Shown piece after piece: positions 53,536 through 64,000 of a stretch of DNA of 64,000 bases. Made by a program: the position numbers and the translations under genes. The stretch lies in the NCBI GenBank assembly GCA_951406725.2, contig OX597836.1, positions 27,652,001 to 27,716,000 of the forward strand, read 5' to 3'. Under the pieces are notes generated by a model that was given only the letters and a program-made list of their open reading frames with translations, did no database searches and had not been told where the DNA came from. The stretch's first letter is position 1, and every line of letters begins with the position of its first letter. This DNA comes from Octopus vulgaris (Eukaryota).

Positions 53536-53688
53536 AATATATTTTGTGCATTGTAGAAGTATAGCCCGTTTCTGACACGTAAAATTTAACAACAAAATCT
53601 CATATGGACCCGGTTGAGAGCCACTGGACTACACCATTCATGCCCCAGCATAGCCGCAGTTCTATGACTGAAGCAACTGAAATATAAA

Positions 53689-53786
<98 letters not shown>

Positions 53787-54507
53787 ATATATATATATAA
53801 ATGGAATAAAAACGCAATAGAGGATATTAAAACGTTTGGAGAAACCGATGATACAAAGGCGGACAAGAGAAGCAACAATTAGAAGGACAGGCCAAAAAAG
53901 ACGGGTCATTCTTGGCTTTCTTTTATCAGTCAAGTACTAGAGGCCACGACCATTTCGAACAGTTACACTTGAGATGGTTCGATCTGGTTGTCCCCATAAA
54001 CGTCTAAGCTAAGAGCATTAGACCCCTTTGTAAGGAAACTAGCGAATGTGTACGACAACAAAGACGAAAAAAGAAACGAACAAACAAAACAAAGCGAAGA
54101 ACATATGTGTATGTATGCATATATATGTATATATATATATATATATATATAAGATAAGAGAAAAAAAATCTATCAGAAAGGAACTCTATCTCTCTTAAAA
54201 AATATCTTTTGATAAGCATAACAAATGCGCAACCGGTAAAGAACTTTCACCTAATTAAATACACTCTCCCTTACTTAAATTATTTTGTCAGCATTTTCTT
54301 CATTTCCTTTTTTTATATATATGTATATATATATATATACTCTGCGTTGACTTATATCGGCGAGGACATCCATAACCATTCGATGTTTGAGAAAATCATA
54401 TATTCTTATGATTACATAATATTAGGAATTGTATAAAAAAAGATTATTATGTGTGTTTTGTGTCTGCAGTTCAATAGCTGGAGCAACTGAAAGATAAGAT
54501 ACATACA

Positions 54508-54541
<34 letters not shown>

Positions 54542-54711
54542 ATTGCCTTCTCTTCTTACTCACTTTCCCTCAACTTTTCATTTCACTGTGTCCCTGTCAT
54601 TTTTTTCTCGTCCCTCCTTAATTCTTCTGTCCCTCTGCCTCTACCTCTCTCCCTTCTCTCTCCCTCCTTAATTCTTCTGTCCCTCTGCTTCTACTTCTCT
54701 CTCTTCTCTTC

Positions 54712-55090
54712 CCACGTGACCAATCGACCAGCCTGCTCTCTCTTTCGTGGTCTGACCGTGGTCCGTGCAACATCGATATTCTTCCCTGTGTTTGTGAAAC
54801 CTTAGTATCTTTGTCGTAAGGCTTCATTTCCACACACGCCAGCTTAATTCAATTCGTCCTTTGTCGAAAGACACCTGTTGTTATGTCCTGTTATTATTCT
54901 TATTGTATTTTTATTGTATTTATATTTGTGTAACATTGTCCGTTTTTTCCGTCCTTGTTTTTGTATACATTCACTGCTTTCTTCCAAGGAATCTAATGCA
55001 CGTAGCTTAGTTTTTCCTTGGGGTTGGCCAGAATGGAGCAATCTCAAGAATAATCAGCCGAAATTGCGAGGATAATCTGGTTCTTGACTG
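54712..55090 (+). mobile_element. Dispersed repeat family P2
   Basis: Homologous to 41480-41855. Confidence 0.65.
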
Positions 55091-55252
55091 CCATGGTGAG
55101 TCTACTGTCGTAAGAAAGACTCACTTCAAAACTTGGTGTTTAGGAATATTCTTTGACATCAAGTTCAAAATATTGCGACAGCCGTTAAGCTGCCAGTATG
55201 CTGCTGTCCGTCGTTGAGAAGTTTTGAATGCCAGCCTTGGAATCTCTTGAAT

Positions 55253-55559
55253 GCTAATCCTCGTAACATTCTAGGAAGTATCCTAATCCTGGGAACTTTC
55301 TAGGAAGTAATTTTCCCTAATCCTCGAAGCTTTCCAGAAAGTACCCCAATCATCGGAACTTTCCAGGAAGCACCCTAATCCTCGGAACTTTCCAGGAAAT
55401 ACCATAATCCTCAGAACTTTCCAGGAAGTACCCCCAAAAGTCGGAACGTTCCAGGAAGTAATTTTTCCTAATCCGCGGAACATTCCAGGAAGTACCATAA
55501 TCCTCGGAACTTTCCATGAAATAGCCTAACCCTCAGAACTTTCCAGGACGTAATTTTCC

Positions 55560-55560
<1 letters not shown>
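55253..55560. repeat. ~29-bp minisatellite, about 10 units
   Basis: Consensus CCCTAATCCTCGGAACTTTCCAGGAAGTA. Confidence 0.9.
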
Positions 55561-55640
<80 letters not shown>

Positions 55641-55979
55641 TGTGTGCGGGGGTGTGTGTGTAGGAGACGGATTGACAAACAGACTGATAAACATACAGAT
55701 TTTAATACATACAAACGTATTGATGGCCAACAGACAACTTACCAAACATGAGACGCTACAATTTGAACGAAAGAAACACCAACGTTTTCTTGTTCATGAC
55801 AATCAACAACAACAACAACAACAACGGTGACAATTTAAAGAAAAATAAACCTCCATTAAATCACTAAACTAAACAACACGATTCAAACAGAAACAAAACA
55901 AAAAAAACTGTTTCCAAAATTTATATTTTAATGTAAGTCTGCTGTCAATATTTTCTTCCTTGACGTAGACATAGCTTTA

Positions 55980-56730
<751 letters not shown>

Positions 56731-56997
56731 ACAGCAAGACAACGAACTTACAGAGTCGTCAGAGCAGCGGAGACAATGCGTCGTGGCATTAGTTTCACAG
56801 CTCCATCTTCTGAGTTCAAATCCCGCCGAAGTCAACCATGAGATTTATCCTTCAAGGCGTTGATAACTACCACTCAAATACTGCACTCGATTCTGTCTCA
56901 TACTGTTTCCACTCTGTCACTCTCACCCTTTCTGCCGCTCATTCTATTTCTCACTCTATCACTCTCTCACCCTCCCCCCTCTCTCTCTCTCTCTATC

Positions 56998-57074
<77 letters not shown>

Positions 57075-57099
57075 AACACTAAAGGACATGCAGCAACAT

Positions 57100-57670
57100 A
57101 GAAGACAAAAACGGGACGATATAATGGGTTTTCCGCGTGAAAACAAGATAAATAACAATTAAAATTGACCATGACAGAGAAAGTTAGCATGGTGATACCT
57201 GCTCAAAGGCCTACACAAAGTTGCAGAAAGAGTATGGAGAGGAGTGTATGAGCCGCACACAACTGTACGAGTGCTTCAGACGTTTTGAAGATGGCCGAAG
57301 AAATGTCGATATTGACGAACGTTGCGGGAGACCCGCAGCCAACAGAACTGAGAAAAACCATCGCAGACGTGCGTGCATCTGTGAAGGGAAATCGTCGAAT
57401 CACCATCCGTGGATTATCAGAGGATGTGCAGATTAGTTATGGTTCAGTTCAGTTCATTATCATTGAAGATTTAGCAAGGAGACGTGTGTCTGCCAAGTTT
57501 ATGCCAAAATTGCTTTTAGTTGACCCCAAAAGACCCTCAGGTTTCAGTTGTACAAGATCTCCTTGATTGTGTCGAAAACAATGAACTCTTTTTGAAAACT
57601 TTGCATAGGTCTCTGAGTAGATATCGCCAAGCTTTTGACAGTCCGAATACTTATTGATCAGACCTTGTGT
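57100..57670 (+). mobile_element. mariner transposon remnant
   Basis: LQKEYGEECMSRTQLYECFRRFEDGR..RCGRP; [40 protein letters not shown]. Right TIR CAGTCCGAATACTTATTGATCAGACCTTGT. Confidence 0.85.
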
Positions 57671-57687
57671 GTGTGAGTGTACATGCA

Positions 57688-57735
<48 letters not shown>

Positions 57736-57736
57736 T

Positions 57737-57793
<57 letters not shown>

Positions 57794-57835
57794 CATATAT
57801 ACATATATACAATTATACATATATACATATATATT

Positions 57836-57879
<44 letters not shown>

Positions 57880-58348
57880 TACATATATATTTATATGTAT
57901 ATATATATATACATATATACATATATATTTACGTATATATATATATACATACATATATACATATATATTCATGTATATATATTTATATGTATATATATAT
58001 GTGTGTATTTTATATATATATGCGTATGTATGTATGTTTGTACGTATGTGTGGGTGTGTATGTGTGTAAGTATGAATGATGCAGCAGAAAATTTAAGAAT
58101 ACAGAGAATAAAGCATATGGTATTGTTATGTTGTTTATCTTTTCATCTTGAAATTTCCAACCACAAACCAAACAGTTCTTTTCAAAAACTTTCCTTCATT
58201 TCAAAGTTTTTGAAAAGCTCTCTGTGTGGTCGTCGAAAACATAAAGAGAGCAGCTAGCATAAAATAGTAAAACTATGCGATATTTTCTTCACTGTGAGAG
58301 TTTCAACTGTGTTTCAGTAATTTTTCTTACAGAAGACTTCTTGATAGC

Positions 58349-58460
<112 letters not shown>

Positions 58461-58600
58461 TGCGTGTGTGTGTGTATCTGTTTGTGCGTGTATGTACGCA
58501 TGGTTATTCGTATATATGCATATATACATATATATTTAATATATATAATATATATCTTATCTTATATATATATATATAAGGCATATATATAATATATAAT

Positions 58601-58918
58601 CTCTTTTACTCTTTCACTTGTTTCAGTCTTTTAGTCGAGAAAATCGACCCCAGGACTTATTCTTTGTAAGTCTAGTACTTATTCTATCGGTTTCTTTTGC
58701 CGAACAGCTAAGTTACGGGGACGTAAAAACACCAGCATCGGTTGTCAAGTGATGTTGGGGGATGGGGGTGGACAAACACAGACACATACATACACATATA
58801 TACGACGGGCTTCTTTCAGTTTCCGTCTACCAAATCGACTCACAAGGCTTTGGTCGGCCTGAGCCTATAGTAGAAGACACTTCCCAAAGGTGCCATGCAG
58901 TGGGACTGAACCCGGAAG
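58601..58918 (-). mobile_element. SINE family A, head-truncated
   Basis: Homologous body and tail. Confidence 0.85.
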
Positions 58919-59169
58919 CTACTTTATTTCATAAAATTTGTCATATAGACAGTACAAAGATTGTGTAGCTTTGCGGGCTGGACAAACACATTACTGAATG
59001 AAAATAAAATAAAATGAATAAATGAGAGACGAAACCCAACACCCGCCGATTGGATTTTTCTCGATAACATATTTTCTTTTCTTTAAAAATCAATATGCGG
59101 TTTCAAACCTCTTACAAGGAGGCACTAAATCCTCTTACTTAACATTCTTTTTTAAAACACACAATTGAG

Positions 59170-59870
59170 ATTATAAACTTACCTCCACAGCTATCTGCGG
59201 AGGCCATTCGAGATCCCATGTGAAGGGCATATCTACTGTCTCTTTATGTTCTACTATTTTTTCCATCTCCTCGCCCATGTAGAAAAAGATAATTAATTCA
59301 TCATCTTTAAGGGTGGGGGTCGTTTCTTCCACCGTGGGTGGCACAACTTCGGAACATGCAGACGGTACATCATCTCCCCCCTGCGATGACCCGTTCTTCT
59401 TTCTTTTTTTCTTTTCTTCCTGACATAGAGAGAGTGGAGCTCTTCCGCTTTGTCCGGAGTCTCTCCCCCACCTCCCGAAGCCTTAGAGTCCTTCGGCGGG
59501 CAACAATCGTTGCCCGCCTTCTTCCTTTTTAATCCTTTTTGGGTTGAGGAGGCTTCAGCCAGCCATTTTTTAAAAATCTGGAAAAACCGGATCTGTTGCG
59601 GCCGATGGAGGTCCACAGGGTCAAAATCGCTTTTGACCCTTCCCAATCGACCGCCGGTAATACACTTACATTTAAGAGCCTGGGTCCGCTATCCCCCAGT
59701 CCTCGTCAGATGGCATCTTCAATCCAACCCACCTCGGTGCCTAGGGGTAACCCACAACATACCCAGGCTCTTATTAATTTCCTCCCGCAGTACGACCGGA
59801 GGAACAGAATTTCGTTGCCCTCTAAGGGCTGACTCGCAAATTTGCGAGCCATTTTCCGGTTGTCAAACAG
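59170..59870 (-). mobile_element. Possible LINE 5' region (GC-richer UTR and decayed APE start)
   Basis: Raised GC and complexity. LSFSTW resembles the APE N-terminal L.+.TWN. Hairpin CTCGCAAATTTGCGAG near the 5' end. Confidence 0.3.
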
Positions 59871-60639
59871 CAACAATACTTGCAGTGTTGGTAATGATAG
59901 TGTGGTAGTGGTGGTGGGGGTGATGGTGGCGGCGGTGGAATTGGTAGAAGTGGTGGTGGGACTTGTGATGTTGGTAGTGATAGTGTGGTGGTGGTGATGG
60001 TGGTGTAGGTGGTGGTGGCGGCGGCGGCGGCGACGGCGGTGGAGGTGGTAGAATTGGTATTACTGGTGTTGGATGCCTCTACAATGTTTCTGCTTGTTTT
60101 CACTTCCATAGCATCCATATATATATCAAGACCATTATCTTGTTATTACAAGTGATGGTGGCGGTGGTATTGAAGGCGTTTTGTTGTCGTTGTTGCTGCT
60201 TTAGCTTTCAGAAACCAGAGGGGCTGTGGTAGTGGTTATGTTATTATTATTATTTAACTCTTTCTCGAAATGTGATCTTGAATGGAGAGCTGTCTTCGGT
60301 TAATATGAGGGAGAAATTGCCCCTTTTTTTTTCTTTCTCGCCTCCTTTTCTGTCGATTTCTCTCCGTGCACTCTTTCCCCGACAACGCCATTTTGTAAAA
60401 CTGATATTACAAAATAATTTATAAAGAAGATCAACATTTTGTTTCAAGACAGCTTTCCCATATAAGGATTGTAAAAAAAAAAAAAAGCTAACTAACCACA
60501 GCTTTCTGTTCGAAGTCATTTTTTTATAATAACAAAGCATAACGTAAACAAGACCCTAAACGAGTAAACAAACAAACAAATCTTTTCAAAAACACAGAGC
60601 TTCTTACACTGACAGAAAAATGCAGACAACAACAACGCC

Positions 60640-60657
60640 TATAACAATAACAACGAC

Positions 60658-60731
<74 letters not shown>

Positions 60732-60849
60732 CAACAACAACAACAACAACAACGACGACGACGACGACGACGATGATGACGATGATGACGATGATGACGA
60801 TGATGACGACGATGATGATGATGATGATGATAATAATAATAACAATAAC

Positions 60850-60929
<80 letters not shown>

Positions 60930-60981
60930 TAATAATAACAACAACAATAATAATAACAATAATAACAATAACAACAACAAC

Positions 60982-61040
<59 letters not shown>

Positions 61041-61075
61041 TGATAATAATAAAAATGATGATGATGATGATGATG

Positions 61076-61140
<65 letters not shown>
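60640..61140. repeat. Compound AAT/AAC/GAC/GAT trinucleotide array
   Basis: About 500 bp of in-phase trinucleotides. Confidence 0.95.
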
Positions 61141-61141
<1 letters not shown>

Positions 61142-62120
61142 TGTTTGTGAAAATGTCAACAGACGAGAAACAAATAATAAAATTCAGAAAACGCTCCATG
61201 ATTCTTACAGACACAAACTACTTCATCTTCATAAAATGTTCTGACTTTTAATATGGCTGCTGTATTCGTGAGAGAGAGAGAGAGGGTGGGGGAATTGTGG
61301 GAGAGAAAGAGAGTGAGAGTGCGCGCGAAAGAGAGATCGAGAGGGGTAGAGTCGGAGTAGAGATCATCGTAGTTGTTTGCAGTTTACTTTTCCTTTCCAT
61401 TGGTAAAGTTATCTTCTGCGGAGGAATGATAACATAAGGAGGTTCGGAACGTGTATAGCATGTGTAATTTACGTTTCCTTAAAGGTTAATAAAAACGTGT
61501 GTGTGTATGTATGTATGTATGTATGTATGTATGTATGTATGTATGTATGTATGTATGTATGTATGTTTGTTTGTTTGTTTGTGTGTGTGTATGATTGTAT
61601 ATAATGCATGGAAGTACATGAGTGTTCGTGTGCGTGCGTGTGTATGAATAGCTATACATTTGAACATACTAGAAAGGAAACATTACATCATTAAATACAA
61701 TATGCGATATTGTATTCCGCCGATATTGGACCCAATGTTTCGGTCAATACCATGATTATCATGTTCGTCATCAAAACAAGAAGGGAAACAAGATGCTGTT
61801 GCCATGGATAGCAGCCGATATACATTGCGACGTAGCTCGCTGGGAGAAGTGAAACAAATAAATATTTTACCGTAACTCAAAAAGACAAAATTTATGACTA
61901 ATCGAAAAATACGGACTTGAAAAATTGTGCTTTAGGATTCATGTATTAAAGATTGTTTGCCAACATAAGATGGCAGTCCTCGTTTAGGACAAATGTTGCT
62001 GTATTTTAGCCCCAGGAGACATCGTCTCCAGCTAGCTAAACGACACGATCTGTGTCCTTATATTTTCGAACAAGGGTATCTAGCAGCCCCACTCAACTCA
62101 AAACAATATCTGTGTATCGC

Positions 62121-62580
62121 GATTTGCCTTTCATCCTTTCGGTGTCGATAAATTAAGTACCAGTTGCGTACTGGGGTCGATCTAATCGACTGGGTCACTC
62201 CCCCAACATTTATTTATATACTCTTGTTAAATAGATAAGGCGGCGAGCTGGCAGAAACATTAGCACGCCGGGCGTGTATGTGTGTGCGCGCGTGCATCTG
62301 TGTATGTGTGTGTGTGTGTGTGTGCGTGTGCGTGCGCGTGTGTGTCTGTGCGTGTATGTGTGTGTGCGTGTGTGTGTGTGTGTGTTTCACCGCCGCTTGG
62401 CTATTGGTGTTGGTTTGTATTCGTCTCCAAAACTTTGCAGTTCGGCAAAGAGAACCCGATAGAATAAGGATCAAGCTAAAAAAAAAAAAAAAAAAAAAAC
62501 GGGAGTAGATTTGTTCGATTAAAACCCCACCAAGTGGGTGCCCCAGCGTGGCCGGAGTCCAATGACTGAAACAAGCAAAC
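62121..62580 (+). mobile_element. SINE B 3' fragment, then a chimera of SINE B head, TG tract and SINE A 3' half
   Basis: 62121-62200 Meta-like domain; 62238-62274 B head; 62380-62580 A tail. Confidence 0.7.
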
Positions 62581-63486
62581 GATGAAAGATTCCCTCCCAT
62601 CGAAAATCGAAATACCTGTTTTCGTTTGTTTTCTTATATCATACGTCCATTATTATCGGTTGTTTTTGTTATCATTGCTCATCTTTCCTTTTCCAATTCC
62701 GTAGTCGTAGTTGTTATTGTTCTTCTTATTATTATTGCTGTTGTTGTTGTTTTTATTATCTTGTGTTCTTGCCGAAGATGCCGTTGCTTATTGTAGAAGA
62801 CGCCGTCGTCGTCGTCGTTATTCTTTTGTCGACATTATTGTCATGGCGTTTGCCTTTCTCGTTTTTCATTATCACACTTGTTTGCTTCTCTCATTTTTAA
62901 CGGTTGCTTTTAATTGGTTGCTGCCTTTGCTCGCCTTTGTTTCCTCAAGTAATTAACTCTGATCACCTGACCGGATGTGAGGCGACCACTCGCAGATTAT
63001 TTTCTTTTCAATTATTAGACATATTTTCAATTTTTATCATCATCATTATTATTATTATTATTATTATTGTTATTATTATTGTTATTGCTTTACGTTCTTT
63101 TAGTTTTTATATTTTTGTCATTATTGTTCGCTCTACTGGATATCGCATTACACGATTTTTTTCATTTTTTTTTGTCATCAACAAGGCTTCAGCTTCATGG
63201 AAACACATGCACATTTGCGGACAAACACGTAGAGACTTATGTGCATTTATTTATCGCTATATCTATACGTATCTGTCTACATATCTACACACACAAACAC
63301 ACACATGCATACTCAATACGCTAATTGTCATATAGCCATTCGTCCAAAACATTAAACACACACACAGACATATGTGTGTCTGTATATATATATATATATA
63401 TTCAGATGAACATGCTACTTAAGTTGAGGCACCAGAATTTAGTATGGTATTATCCATGCAATTTCAAAGTAAGGTGATTAAAATTA

Positions 63487-63633
63487 AAACAAGCACTACA
63501 AGAATATCCAGAGGTAATGCAGGACGATCGTTTCATGCAACTCCATTTAATTGAACAATGAAATCATTACATCAATTTAAATTGATGTAATGATCGTACT
63601 GCAATACCTCTGGATATCCTTGTTGCTTATTTT
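63487..63633. repeat. Inverted repeat with a 32-bp perfect palindrome between the arms, TA-flanked
   Basis: Arms 63487-63529 / 63592-63633. ATCATTACATCAATTT|AAATTGATGTAATGAT at 63563-63594. GAAACGATCGTC on the minus strand. Confidence 0.8.
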
Positions 63634-63649
63634 GAAATATATATATGTG

Positions 63650-63818
<169 letters not shown>

Positions 63819-63844
63819 GTATATGTATATATATACTTATGTTC

Positions 63845-64000
63845 AATCATTTCCGACCTGTGGGCCTATGTCGAACGATTGCCGTCGCGTGTGGGACGAG
63901 TTGGTTTATCAACCGAGTCTATTGTGAATATTGTCGTGCCTCCTTCCTTGAAACGGGTAGGAAGAGCCCTTTTCATCGTACTTGGCTATGGCGAAAGAAT
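63845..64000 (+). pseudogene. Tx1/L1-like LINE ORF2 C-terminal fragment (runs off the window)
   Basis: [46 protein letters not shown]. Starts just after (TA)n. Confidence 0.4.

Noticed and set aside
60524-61214. Poly-I/Y/L/T ORFs of 176-211 aa
   Set aside because: Pure trinucleotide arrays open in several frames, with no splice or domain support.

Overview
AT-rich, microsatellite-saturated animal genomic DNA (intergenic or intronic). The tRNA-derived SINE families and repeat landscape point to an octopus (coleoid cephalopod), which is an inference. I found no convincing host protein-coding exon, rRNA or intact tRNA, and almost every ORF in the track is a microsatellite or SINE artefact. The window is a mosaic of three abundant tRNA-derived SINE families (several with target-site duplications), mariner/pogo/hAT fragments and MITEs, Helitron-like elements, and LINE fragments (CR1, RTE, R4/Dong-like RLE, Tx1-like). 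It also holds many Penelope-like element (PLE) pieces: RT at 30070-31120, GIY-YIG at 17993-18403, linker at 45013-45180. The most striking structure is a recurring architecture of fold-back (palindromic) inserts, mostly in (TA)n tracts and several carrying type-I hammerhead-ribozyme motifs with palindromic stem III and often a long stem II. There are also ~290-410 bp tandem hammerhead-bearing units resembling retrozymes or pLTRs, and a young 5x180 bp SINE-derived satellite. All calls were made by eye, with no database search or folding run.
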